This document shows, piece after piece, positions 52,496-63,076 of a stretch of 64,000 bases of DNA. Within the stretch, counting starts at the first letter, position 1. Each line of letters opens with the position of its first letter. The translations under genes were made by a program, and so were the position numbers. This stretch comes from Candidatus Bathyarchaeota archaeon. Its GTDB lineage: Archaea; Thermoproteota; Bathyarchaeia; Bathyarchaeales; Bathycorpusculaceae. A model generated the notes under the pieces. That model saw only the letters and a program-made list of their open reading frames with translations, had not been told where the DNA came from and ran no database searches. The stretch is taken from positions 64,001 to 128,000 of the forward strand of contig CAVYXJ010000009.1 of NCBI GenBank assembly GCA_963772455.1. Reading direction: 5' to 3'.

Positions 52496-54080
52496 ATGGA
52501 AAAATACCATTATCGACCAGCTCTACTAATTTTTTTAGTAATTTTCGCTGCAGCTGTACTCTACAATCTGGGTTATATGTCGGTGCAATGGGACGAGATG
52601 CCCCATCTTTATGGAGCAACCATGCTTTCTCGTGGGCAAACTTGGGATTACATGACTACTTATGGCTATTACCCGCCAATCTTTGACCTTGTCACTACGG
52701 GTTACTTCCAAATATTTGGGATCAGCCAAATTACTGGGCGTTTGGTGGCTGTTACTTTTTCGTTGCTGGCGATTGTGCTTTTGTTTGAATTTACCAAACG
52801 AACCTATGGACAAAAAAACGCTTTGATCGCCTGTGTCCTTTTGGGTACTATGCCTGGGTTTTTTTGGCTCTCCAGGGTAACTATGTTAGAAACCATGCTT
52901 ATTTTCTTCTTTACTCTCGTAATGTTTGCGTTTTATTCGTGGATTACCAAAGATACTTACAAGACGCTTCTTTTCAGCGGTTTAGTCTTAGGTATAGGTG
53001 TTCTTGCAAAATACCAGATTATTGTTGCAGCCATAGCGATGTTACTGAGTATTTTATTTCTTGCAAGAAAACGTTTGAAGCTTAATCTAGCAAAGTTTCT
53101 GATAATTTTTGGCATCGTAGTCTTGGTAGCTCTACCATGGTTTGCGATGATTTACCACTACAACGGAGTAACCAAGTTTGAAACTCTTCAGTACGTTATG
53201 AGTGAAGGCGGCCAAGACAGACCTGCCTATAGCAATCGATTCCAACCTATCCCCGCATATTACCTTGTTGAGATGTCATGGCCATTCAACGACATAGCTG
53301 TCCACCCTATCTCTCTTCCAATTTTTGCTTTAGGTTTATGCGGCTTAGTGATTATTTGCTTACCGAAGAAAGAAACAGGACATTTTCTTTCTAACTTGGT
53401 TTTTGGTTGTTTATGTTTTTTTCACTATTATTCCGAATAGACAATGGCGTTATGTTACGCCGCTTTTTCCAATTTTAGCCATTTCCGCCGCATGCTTCAT
53501 AATGTTTCTGTATGGCAGAGTCAATGCGTGGAAACCTAAAGAGGTTGGAATCAAGGGTGACCGCAAAAAGAAGCTTGCCGCGGTATTCTTCAGTGTTATA
53601 ATAGCATCGGCGGTTGCGTATGCTGCCTACGATGCTTATCAAATGACTGCCCGCGACCAAATCCACATTCCAATAAAAGAATCTACGGATTATTTGGCGG
53701 CGAATTTGAACCAAAACCAGTCGGCAGTGCTTGTTTGCTCCTTCAACCTTCTCAACCAAGACATGTTCCGTTTCTACTTGCCTTCAAACATTTCAAGAGA
53801 CCAAATCTGGCAATACCCAGAATTGGCAGTCGATTCTTTTACACCAAACTTTAACATTACAGAATTCCTAAATCTTTGCCAACAACAAAACGTAAAATAC
53901 ATCATACTCTTCGACTACGGAATACACACCCAATTCTTCAACACAACTCTAGATTACACCCAAGTAGAAAATATGATTTACAATACAGGAAGATTCGGCG
54001 ATCCACTGGATCAGCCTTTCTGGGGCGATTTCTACGGAAACATGGGCTATAGAATTTTCTTAGTTCGCTTCTTAGGATAA
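52496..54080 (+). CDS. GT-C (ArnT/PMT, family 39-like) glycosyltransferase; frameshift near 53350-53400
   Basis: WDE..H, YPP, GR, LE, LAKY, ALPW and RY..PLFP across two ORFs; multiple TMs. Confidence 0.85.
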
Positions 54081-54081
54081 A

Positions 54082-54564
54082 TTATTGAGTTTCCAAAAAT
54101 TCAAACCCAGTTTCCTTGTTTTTAACTCTTTTAGCTGAGCCACCAGCTAATTCCAAGATGACTACCTCCCCTATTTGCCAAACATCCACACCCATACGAA
54201 CACAACCAGTGATTGCATTGTCGTTTCTGCCGAAACTCGCATGCATATGCAGTTTGGGTTTACCTTCTTCATCAGTGAAGATTGTGCCTACGCCGCATGC
54301 TTCATGGACGCCTCTCAAAAGTGTAATCATTGGTTCGGGGGGCATTGCATCACCATTTTTTGGTCCCACAACAACTTTGCTTTTGTCTTGGGCACCACCG
54401 AGGAAAAAACAGAGGGCACTTTTAACTTGTTTTTGTTCTGCGAATTCCTCAATAACTTTGTGAAGCGTTTCATCGTGGTGGAGTCTGAGTATAAAGATTC
54501 TTGCGAGAGATGCTTCAGTGTAATTCAAGGGTTTGACCTCTTGCGTTAAAACGGAGAGTTTCAA
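54082..54564 (-). CDS. DUF296 (PPC-domain) protein
   Basis: LRL...E, G.G.IF...G.P.LHMH.SF.R and E..I.E motifs. Confidence 0.88.
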   Translation of the reverse strand: MKLSVLTQEVKPLNYTEASLARIFILRLHHDETLHKVIEEFAEQKQVKSALCFFLGGAQDKSKVVVGPKNGDAMPPEPMITLLRGVHEACGVGTIFTDEEGKPKLHMHASFGRNDNAITGCVRMGVDVWQIGEVVILELAGGSAKRVKNKETGFEFLETQ

Positions 54565-54897
54565 GTATAAAAGAGTTCAATTGAAGCAAAAAATATTCTC
54601 TTTAAGAGATAACGGTTTGCAGTTTACACTCTGTTTATGTATAGTGTTTGTTTGGCATCTTCTTTGCTTTTTTGTGAAGGCACGATTGATGCGTCGATAA
54701 CCGGGGTTTGAGCGGTTATTTGGCATTTTGGACTGCGCCTTACTGCATTTTTCTGAGACATATTTTTCAACCTCTTGAAGAGCCACACAAGTATTAGATT
54801 ACGCTTATAAACGTTATCCCGCTTTTAAAACTGTCTTTTGTAGGCTAAATACTTATTATAACTAACAAAAAAGGCCAACGATTGATTAAATTACGAG

Positions 54898-55486
54898 TTA
54901 ACGATTAAAGCGGTCGTTTTTCCATACATCGGCCTTGTCACTGTAACCTCGCTTCTCCCAGAACCCCAACTCCTTGCTGCGAGTAAAACCTAAACGCACC
55001 ACCCACAAAGCACTCTTGTAAGCGTATTTGCTTGGCACAATAAGGCGCACTGGAAAACCAAGTCCCTCATCCAATACTTCACCGTTAAGCTTGTAAGCTA
55101 ACAGCACGTCGTCGCCTGCAAGTTCTTCGCGAAAAAGTGAAGTCCTATAGTTGTCGGCACAATCAAAATTTACGGCTCGCGCCACATCTCTTGGCTTGAC
55201 GAGTTTTTCTACTGTCTTTGATTTTGACGCCCTCCCACTTGCAATCCAGCACGCTCCAGCCTTCAACACAATGAAAATCGCTCACAGAAACGGTTTTTGG
55301 CAATTTCATGAAATCGTTCCAACTAAGTTTCACTGGATTTTCAACTTCGCCCTCAACTGTTAACGTGAAGGTTTCTAGCTGCAACTGGGGGTTAGTTGAT
55401 GTTATCCCTGGATGATCGGTGCCCCAGCGTAAAATGTGGTCTGTGACTTGTTGGTCAGGCGGAAGCCTTTGTTTTTTAGAAGCCAA
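54898..55486 (-). CDS. Molybdopterin-dependent oxidoreductase (sulfite oxidase family); frameshift near 55200
   Basis: RLPP.Q, L.V.GEVE.P and DFHCVEGWS..W.GV; the second frame has Y.TS, GFPVRLIVP..Y.YKS..W and GFWE.RGY. Confidence 0.88.
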
Positions 55487-55540
55487 AAATAATCACTAAT
55501 AGAAAACAGATAAGGTTAAAGAAAAAGTTTACTTAATCTA

Positions 55541-56644
55541 TCAACCCATTTGGAAAAAATGTGATAGCTGTTTTTGCCTTGGTTCTTCTCGGCTGAAAAC
55601 TGAGACTTTGACGCCGACCCTTCGTATTTCAAGTGTTGATTCGCTCAAGAACTTCTCGAAAAGAACTCTAACGTTTCTCCTAATCGTTTCCTTATCCTTT
55701 GAGGGTTGGTCAAGTGTGATTGAACGGCTTTTGCTGCTTAAGTCTGTTCGAACCACGTAAATTGCCACTTGCTTGAAGCTTAGGTTTTTCTCCGTAACCT
55801 CTCTGAAGACGTCCTCCGTTAATTCATCGGTTTTCTGAAGAATAAATTCCAAGTCGTGTGTGTCCTGTTTTAGGGTGCCGATGCGGCTGATTGATTCTGC
55901 TTCGCCTTGTTCTTGGACTGGTTCGTTGTCGACTGCGTTGGCGGCATTGTGGAAGTAGATGCCTATGACTTTGCCGAAAACTTCGATGAGTCTTTGACAA
56001 TCGAATTTGGCTAAGTCACCAATGGTTTTAATGCCCAACTCAGCCATCTTTACTGAAGTTTTCTTGCCTACCCCTAAAAGTCGGTCAACATCTAGCGACG
56101 CAAGGAAAATCTTTGCTTCTCGGGGTTTAACAATGGTTAAGCCGTCGGGTTTTTGGCTGTCACAAGCGATTTTCGCGACTATTTTGTTTGGTCCAACACC
56201 TACTGAAAAGGAAATTCCAACTTGGTTTTTTACGTCCGCCTTGATTTTTTGGGCGTAATCTTGAGCTTTTTCAAAGCTGCCTTCAACCTGCTCTGTAACA
56301 TCCAAATAAGCTTCATCGACGCTGACTTGCTCAAGACTGGTAGCGTAACCGCGGAAAATTCGCATTATCCTGTCGCTAATTTCGTCATAGTACTCATGGT
56401 CAACGGGCAGAAAAACTGATTCTGTACCTTCGAGTTTGCGCTTTGCCAAAAAAAGGGGCATGCCAGATTTAACTCCGTATTTGCGAGCGATGTAATTGCT
56501 GGTGCTTACCGCTCCGCTCTCCTCAGTTCGCCCCGAATATACGCCGACTACAACAGGTTTGTCCTTAATTGTTGGGTTGCGGAGTTCTTCGCATTGAGCA
56601 TAGAAATAGTCGAAGTCAGCCAGCATTATCACGCGATCTTGCAT
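55541..56644 (-). CDS. dinB: DNA polymerase IV (Y family, DinB/Dbh)
   Basis: DFDYFYAQ.E, NY.AR..G, SVDEAYLD, KPDG and GVGKK motifs; C-terminal PIP-like QLSHFF. Confidence 0.95.
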   Translation of the reverse strand: MQDRVIMLADFDYFYAQCEELRNPTIKDKPVVVGVYSGRTEESGAVSTSNYIARKYGVKSGMPLFLAKRKLEGTESVFLPVDHEYYDEISDRIMRIFRGYATSLEQVSVDEAYLDVTEQVEGSFEKAQDYAQKIKADVKNQVGISFSVGVGPNKIVAKIACDSQKPDGLTIVKPREAKIFLASLDVDRLLGVGKKTSVKMAELGIKTIGDLAKFDCQRLIEVFGKVIGIYFHNAANAVDNEPVQEQGEAESISRIGTLKQDTHDLEFILQKTDELTEDVFREVTEKNLSFKQVAIYVVRTDLSSKSRSITLDQPSKDKETIRRNVRVLFEKFLSESTLEIRRVGVKVSVFSREEPRQKQLSHFFQMG

Positions 56645-57550
56645 TGTTTATCCTCCTTTGATTTGGGCATTAGCCATGAGCCATCACATGTTGCAGTGTT
56701 TAACTTTGGTAAGCCTTCTCGGCAAACGCCAAACTTCATCCCGTTAGCTTCAGCCAAATCCCGTATATCTTTGAGAATTTTATATCTGAGTTCTTTTGGC
56801 AAAAATGTGCTTCCTCCGATTTTTTCGCCTTGCACAAAATACAGCGGTTTCAGTTTCTCAGCTATTTGTGGCATTGCATTTGTAAGGCGCATCCAGTTGT
56901 CTGCTTTGGCTTTGTAGGTTGAGCATGTTATGTGTTTAACGCCGATGTCTGAAAGGATTTTGATGAGTCTTTGTGGTTGGTCGTTTACGAATGGGATTAT
57001 TGGGTCGATTCGCACGGAAACTGGGATGCCTGCTTTGATTAGGTCTTGGGCGGCTCTTATGCGCTGGGAGGGCGAAGGCGCGAAGGGTTCAAGGAATTTT
57101 GGCGAGGTCATCGTCATCGGTGGTTATGGTTAATGCAACCGTCGATGGAACCTTGGCGAGCAAGTCGTCGTCTCGTGTTACTATGTTGCTTTTGGTTATG
57201 ATTTGTACTTTGCAGTTGTTCTCAACAAGAATTTCGAGGCAACGTCTGGTCAAGCCCTCGGTCGCTTCGACTCTTGGATATGGGTCAGATGAGTTGGATA
57301 TTGAAATGGTTTCGCCTTTGAGTTTAGCCGCTTCCCTCTTCAACATTGTCAATGCATCTTTTTTTGGGTGGCAATCTTTGAAGTTTGGAATGTAGCTTGT
57401 GGCATAGCAGTAGGTGCATTGATGGTCGCATCCCGTGTAAGGGTTAAAAGTTAATTTGGGTGGACATGTGCAGAGGCCTGAACGCCATGGGTCAAAGCTT
57501 GAAATCAAAGGCACCAAACATTCACTACCCAGTATATGCAATGCAGGCAA
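56629..57550 (-). CDS. Radical SAM protein of the SPL-like DNA-repair family; frameshift near 57095
   Basis: NPYTGCDHQCTYCY, SDPY...E, TKS...RD, LEP.AP.P..R and R.DPIIP motifs. Confidence 0.85.
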
Positions 57551-57794
57551 ACAAAAAGTATTCGCACCAAGATTATTATTTTAGTAAAAAGTGGAATCGT
57601 CCAAAAACAATGATGTTTTGTTGCTTTATTTATGGAGAGATCGCTAAGAGCAGAAATAATAAGTGTTAATGAGTAATAGTTGAATTTGATTGAGAAATAA
57701 TTTCTGGTTAATTTAAGGTATGTTTAATTTGCTGTTTTGATTTTTAGTTTATTAGTTAAGATTTACTATTTTTTGATAATTCTGGGATTGATAA

Positions 57795-59752
57795 ATGGGC
57801 TATTGCAAGGAAAAACTGGAAAAAGAAGCAGGTGAAGAAGGACGCAGCAAGCGATTGCTGGTTGCCTTTGCAGTTTGGCTAGGAATAACAATACTTGTCA
57901 GCGGCTTACTAGACCTGTTTGCTAAGGGGTTTGCCACTTGGCTTTACCATGCCAATCCTGAACCTTCCCGCAACATTATCCATGATACTTTATTACGTCG
58001 CAATCCTTACAGCAGCAATCTACATCGGTGCCGTCGGCTTAAAGGAGCTTGTTTTAGAAAGACGCTTCAGCGTAGAGTTCCTAATGGCAGTTGCAGGATT
58101 AGGCGCACTTTTCCTCGACTACCGATTTGAAGCAGCCACCGTATTGTTCCTCTACTGTTTAGCAGAATACTTTGAAGGATACATCCAGAGCAGAGCAAAG
58201 CGAACGGTTGAGAAAATATCCAAAGTTATTCCTGAAAACGCTCGCGTTTTAAGCCAAGGTGCCGAGAAAAATGTTAGTGTAAATGAAGTTGAGATTGGCG
58301 AGATTATTCTTGTTAAACCCGGAGAAAGAATACCCTTGGATGGCAACGTGATTGAAGGATTCTCGCATGTTGATCAAGCCTTGGTTACGGGTGAATCGGT
58401 GCCTGTGCCCAAAAAAGTGAATGACTGCGTATTTGCTGGCACTCTCAACGCGAGTGGCGTGCTAAAGATTACAGTTACCAAGAAAGCAACAGAAACATTA
58501 GTTTCGCGGATTGTTGAACTTGTAGTCGAGTCACAAAAAAGAAAAGCCACAATTGAGGGTTTAGTTGACCGGTTTGCTAAGATTTATGTGCCAATCGTAA
58601 TTGCACTTGCAGTTTTCACTGCTGGAGCTTTGCCTTACTTGGTGGGCGGATCATTTCAAACTTGGTTCTACCGCTCACTAATCTTGCTCGTAGTCTCTTG
58701 CCCAAGCGCTTTTATCATCTCTGTTCCAGCAACAATCTTCATAGCAATAACAATTGCTGCCAAAAGAGGCGTAATAATTAAGGGAGGAATATTCATCGAA
58801 AAGCTCGCACGCGTAAAATCTGTAGTTTTTGACAAGACGGGTACATTAACTCTGGGAAGACAAGCTGTTCACGAAGTTAGGCGAGTTGACATTTCCAGAG
58901 CTGAGGATGAAGCTATAACTTACGCAGCTGCTTTGGACCAGTTTTCGAACCATCCGATTGCCCAGGCTATTGTTCGCAAAGCTCATAGAACGTGGGATTG
59001 ACCTTAGCAAAGTCAAGGTAACCGATGTGGTAGAAGTTCCAGGAAAAGGCATCGTGGGATTAGTGAACGGTAAACACGTAGCTATCGGCAACTTGGAATT
59101 GATGCGTGAATTAGGCTGCGACTGCACAGATGCCTTTGAGATTATTTCAGGTGACATCCACACGGCTGTCTGTGTTTCAGTTGGTAAAGTTGGTTTAGCT
59201 GCGGTTTGCGTGGTTGATGAAGTAAGAGAAGATGCTCTAAAAGCCATTAACTCCTTGAAGCGACAAAACATTAAAACTGCCATGTTAACAGGCGACAGCG
59301 AAGAAATTGCAAAGGACACTGCAAAGTCTCTGGGCATTAGCGACGTGTTTGCAGGACTGTTGCCTGAGGATAAATTGAAGTGCATAGAAGACATGAAGGG
59401 AAAAGGTGGGTTGGTAGCGATGGTTGGCGACGGTGTTAACGATGCGCCCGCTCTTGCTGCTTCTGATGTGGGAATTGCCATGGGGGCTCGAGGAGTTGAT
59501 GTGGCGTTGGAATCTGCAGACGTTGTGTTGGTTAAGGATGAATTGGCTCAAATTCCTTACTTATTAAAATTGAGTGATAAGACAATGGTTATTGCAAAAC
59601 AGAATATTGCTGCGTCATTGGTTGTAAAGTTGATTCTTGGCGCTTTGGGATTGATGGGTTTAACGCCGCTGTGGTTTACGGTGGCTTCAGGAGACGATGG
59701 AGTAACAATGCTTTTGCTGCTTAATACGCTACGTCTTGAAAGAATAAAATAG
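57795..59752 (+). CDS. P1B-type heavy-metal (Zn/Cd-like) translocating ATPase; frameshifts near 57915 and 58980
   Basis: TGES, SCPSA, DKTGT, HP, TGD, GDGVNDAP and TM8 DDG motifs. Confidence 0.92.
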
Positions 59753-59816
59753 ACATTTACTTTGCTGTTATAGGTTAGTTGAGCAGTTGCTTTGTTGCAT
59801 TATGAAATGTTAATAA

Positions 59817-60386
59817 GTGCAAAACCTCGAGTTAAGCATCATGCCTAACAAGCAAAAGACAAATCCTAAGTCCAATTCAAAGAGTCAACGAAAGATTAAA
59901 CTAAAGGAAAAACAGGCTAAGGCCCAACAAAAACCAGTAAGCATATTCAAAAGCAAATATTACTGGATAATTCTGACTACAACTATTCTAATTTTTATTT
60001 TTGCCTTAGGATATTTTGCGCATATTTCTATAGAAAAAGAGCTGCTAATTTTAGGCAGCGTTTTATCGCTAATATGCTTCGGATTTTATGTCGCCTATAA
60101 ACCATCTGTAAATTACGATAAACGAGCAACGTTCTTTTTTGCTGGAGCATCAATCATTGGCTTTAGCATTTGGGCTTTAATAGTGCTCTCCCTTATTGTG
60201 TCGGGAGTTTTAATACAAATTCTAAATTCAGTAGGCGACAGCTTCTTTGTTATAACAAGCCTAACAATCTTTTTGGTCTTAGGAGCATTCATCGGCGACT
60301 TCATCGGCAAAAATAGAGAAATTGTACTATTCTTTGCTCATCAATTCAGAAACCGATTGTTCCATTCCAAAGCAGAGGGAAAATAA
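59817..60386 (+). CDS. Hypothetical membrane protein (basic N-terminus, about 4 TMs)
   Basis: Lys-rich N-terminus followed by hydrophobic helices. Confidence 0.7.
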   Translation: MQNLELSIMPNKQKTNPKSNSKSQRKIKLKEKQAKAQQKPVSIFKSKYYWIILTTTILIFIFALGYFAHISIEKELLILGSVLSLICFGFYVAYKPSVNYDKRATFFFAGASIIGFSIWALIVLSLIVSGVLIQILNSVGDSFFVITSLTIFLVLGAFIGDFIGKNREIVLFFAHQFRNRLFHSKAEGK

Positions 60387-60468
60387 GGTATCTTTTCCTG
60401 TTTCCCCAGAAACTTTAAGAGCACAATCCCTCAGCATGTTCTAAAGACTCATCAAGGACCGACCTGCA

Positions 60469-61347
60469 TTGAAATTTGGAATAATGACGCGAAACATGGA
60501 AGCATGGAGCTCCACACAAGTTCGAGCAGCACTAACTAAACACGGTATTCCTTACGAATGCTTCACTTTTCCAAGAATTGTTGCGCGACTTGCGTATAAG
60601 CCTTATTTTAAAGTCAATGGTATCAGCATCCTTGATGATTTGGATGCATTAATTATTCGTCCGATTGGACGGGGTTCTCTTGAAGAACTTGTTTTTCGAA
60701 TGGACATGCTCTACAAACTTGAACGCCAAGGCTTTTACATGGTTAATCCACCCACAGCAATTGAGCACTGCGTGGACAAATACGATATCTTAGCAATTCT
60801 CGAAGATCAAGGCGTTCCTGTACCCCGAACTTTGGCTACGGAGAGTGTTAATGAAGCCATAAAAGCTTTCAATGAATTAGGAGGCGACATCGTCGTCAAA
60901 CCAATTTTTGGCTCAAGAGGACAAGGGGCTACACGTGTAAACGACATAGACATCGCCGATACCGTTTTCAAAGCCATCACCTTCCATCACGGCGTCATTT
61001 ACATGCAGGAATTCGTACAACATGGAAACTCAGACATACGCGCCTTTGTTATAGGCGACCAAGTAGTCGCATCCATGCGCAGAGTAGCTACTGGATGGAA
61101 AACCAACTATAGCCAAGGAGCCAAACCTGCCCCTGCAATAATCAGCAAAGAATTCGAAGAAATAGCAGTAAAATCTGCTAAGGCAGTTGGGTGCAAAATC
61201 GCTGGCGTAGATATCCTTGAAGGACCCAACGGACCACGCATAGTTGACGTTAACAGTCAACCAGGATGGAAGGGACTACAAGTAGTAGCGAAAGTTAACA
61301 TTGCAGAAGAAATCGTTAACTTTGTTTTGAAGGAACTGAAAAAATAG
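60469..61347 (+). CDS. RimK-family ATP-grasp alpha-L-glutamate ligase (MptN-like)
   Basis: DK, KP.FGS.G.G, QEF, DIR.FV.G, WKTN..QG, GVD and VNSQPGW.GL motifs. Confidence 0.88.
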   Translation: MKFGIMTRNMEAWSSTQVRAALTKHGIPYECFTFPRIVARLAYKPYFKVNGISILDDLDALIIRPIGRGSLEELVFRMDMLYKLERQGFYMVNPPTAIEHCVDKYDILAILEDQGVPVPRTLATESVNEAIKAFNELGGDIVVKPIFGSRGQGATRVNDIDIADTVFKAITFHHGVIYMQEFVQHGNSDIRAFVIGDQVVASMRRVATGWKTNYSQGAKPAPAIISKEFEEIAVKSAKAVGCKIAGVDILEGPNGPRIVDVNSQPGWKGLQVVAKVNIAEEIVNFVLKELKK

Positions 61348-62346
61348 TTATTTACCAGATAAAATCAGAGTATATGGATCGTCAGCGACCTGCGGAAACT
61401 TCATTTCTTTTCCTTTCTTAATTAGAACTTTTTCTTTGTTTCCCATAAATTCGCCAATAAAGCAAGCTTCCAACCCCATCATTGCTAATGTTGCCTTGAC
61501 TTTTTCTTTCGCTCCAGGTTTCACTGAAGCCAAAATCGTGCCCGTTGAAGACATTGCAAGCAATTGTTCATCGCTGAGTTTAAAGTAGCTCTGCAATGCC
61601 AAAACTTCTTTGTTAAGCGGCAGTTTCTCCCATTCCACTCGAAAACCCAATTTTGATGCTTGTGCCAACTCGTTGAGCGCTGCAATGAACCCGCCTTCTG
61701 TCGCATCATGCATCGCATTCACACCGCCCACTTCTGCAAGCTCAGAAGCTTCTCGCACGCAACTTTGCAAGTGAACTTGAGAAGCAAGAATTCTTTGTTG
61801 CTGTGTTCCGAATAGTGTTTGTGCTAACGCTGGGTATGTTAATGATAGGTTTGTAATTGTTTCCAGTCCAAGCGGCTTTGTGCATAGAATCAAGTCGCCA
61901 GCTTTTGCATTTCCTGGAGTAATCAATTTGTGAGGTTCGACAGCTCCGTAAACTGTGCAAACTCCAAGCAAACCTGCAAGGCTACTGTACATGCCAGTGT
62001 GTCCTCGGACTATGGCTATACCCAATTCGTCGGCGGCTTCGCATGTTTGTTTCATAATTTTCTGGAAAACTTCAGGTTTGGTTCCTATTGGTCCGAGGAG
62101 GTTTATGGTGCAAAATTCAGGTTTAGCTCCGAAAAGGGCAATATCGGAAGCGGGATAATTTATCATCAGCCACCCAAACCACTCTTCAGGAACACCAGTG
62201 CAGGGGTCAGTAGCAACAGCCACGTACTTGCCATGTAAAAGGTGAACTCCTGCATCATACCCAATCATGGGTGGCACAATGACTCGGAAATCCTTCTTTA
62301 TGCAGCTTAAGATTTTTTGGAGGTCTTCAGTTGCAAGCTTTCCCAT
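61348..62346 (-). CDS. AIR synthase-related (PurM/HypE/ThiL-fold) ATP-binding protein
   Basis: MGKL, G.D, TDP, SDIA..GA.P, GHT and MHDATEGG motifs. Confidence 0.88.
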   Translation of the reverse strand: MGKLATEDLQKILSCIKKDFRVIVPPMIGYDAGVHLLHGKYVAVATDPCTGVPEEWFGWLMINYPASDIALFGAKPEFCTINLLGPIGTKPEVFQKIMKQTCEAADELGIAIVRGHTGMYSSLAGLLGVCTVYGAVEPHKLITPGNAKAGDLILCTKPLGLETITNLSLTYPALAQTLFGTQQQRILASQVHLQSCVREASELAEVGGVNAMHDATEGGFIAALNELAQASKLGFRVEWEKLPLNKEVLALQSYFKLSDEQLLAMSSTGTILASVKPGAKEKVKATLAMMGLEACFIGEFMGNKEKVLIKKGKEMKFPQVADDPYTLILSGK

Positions 62347-62362
62347 TTACCTTAAACTCCTT

Positions 62363-62905
62363 TTACATATACATTTTCAATGCTTTACTTTTCTGAAGAA
62401 GGAAAATCACAAATAGACTTATTATGAGTTCGGGCAGCAGATAACTTCCATTGTAAATTCCCGAATATACCCAAGGGTTCATCCCTGCAGGTGCGTAAGA
62501 AGCAAAGAAGAGTACTCCTGAAATTAGATGCATGAAAAAGCGTCCTGTGATTGCAACTACAACTCCTGCTAATGCCCACCTTTTATGGAAGAATCCTGCT
62601 AAACCTAGGCAACCAAATGCAAGTGGATAATCCAATAGAACTTGGGGTAAAAAGTATATTTGTGGCATTACAACAAGCTGAACCAAACCGTAGACAAAGC
62701 CTGCGGTCAAACCAATTTTTGGTCCTCTTCGAAGTCCGAGCCAAATTATGGGCACCATAGAAGCCAAAGTAATTGAGCCCCCTTCGGGCAATTGAAAAAT
62801 TATTATGAAGCTCAGTGCCGTTGCCAGCGCAACAAATATTGCAATTTCAGCCAAGACTCTGGAAGTTGAATTACTAGTATATTCGTAAGATTGATTTTTT
62901 GCCAA
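62363..62905 (-). CDS. thiT: Energy-coupling-factor thiamine transporter S component ThiT
   Basis: LPEGGSIT, QVLLDY, RF..H..SGV.FF..YAP and W.YS..YN.SY motifs. TTG at 62905 follows a GGAGG; the ORF-track extension to 63001 is the riboswitch. Confidence 0.92.
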   Translation of the reverse strand: MAKNQSYEYTSNSTSRVLAEIAIFVALATALSFIIIFQLPEGGSITLASMVPIIWLGLRRGPKIGLTAGFVYGLVQLVVMPQIYFLPQVLLDYPLAFGCLGLAGFFHKRWALAGVVVAITGRFFMHLISGVLFFASYAPAGMNPWVYSGIYNGSYLLPELIISLFVIFLLQKSKALKMYM

Positions 62906-62908
62906 TGA

Positions 62909-63006
62909 TTTTCCCTCCGCCAGTATTACCTGGTTCAGGTTCCTAAGGGTCGACAGCAACTCAGCCGTCCTCTCAGCCAGGTCACTTTCCCAGCTCCCCA
63001 AGAACT
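62909..63006 (-). ncRNA. TPP (THI-box) riboswitch
   Basis: Minus strand reads TTCTTGGGGAGCTG...GCTGAGAGG...GACCCTTAGGAACCTGAACCAGGTAATACTGGCGGAGGGAA. It has GGGG, CTGAGA, ACCC, ACCTGA, the CCAG-GTAATA-CTGG P5 hairpin and GCG..GGAA, and lies upstream of thiT. Confidence 0.92.
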
Positions 63007-63076
63007 AAAGGGGATAATGTTTTTAGGTTATATTTGAGTTTTCCTACCTCTCAACAAACGATTAGGATTGTTTAGC

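Noticed and set aside
54577-54786. 69-aa minus-strand ORF
   Set aside because: It may be a frameshifted small protein, but it has no recognisable motif and its frame is ambiguous.
62906-63001. 32-codon N-terminal extension of ThiT in the ORF track
   Set aside because: It coincides with the TPP aptamer; the TTG at 62905 with a GGAGG is the better start.
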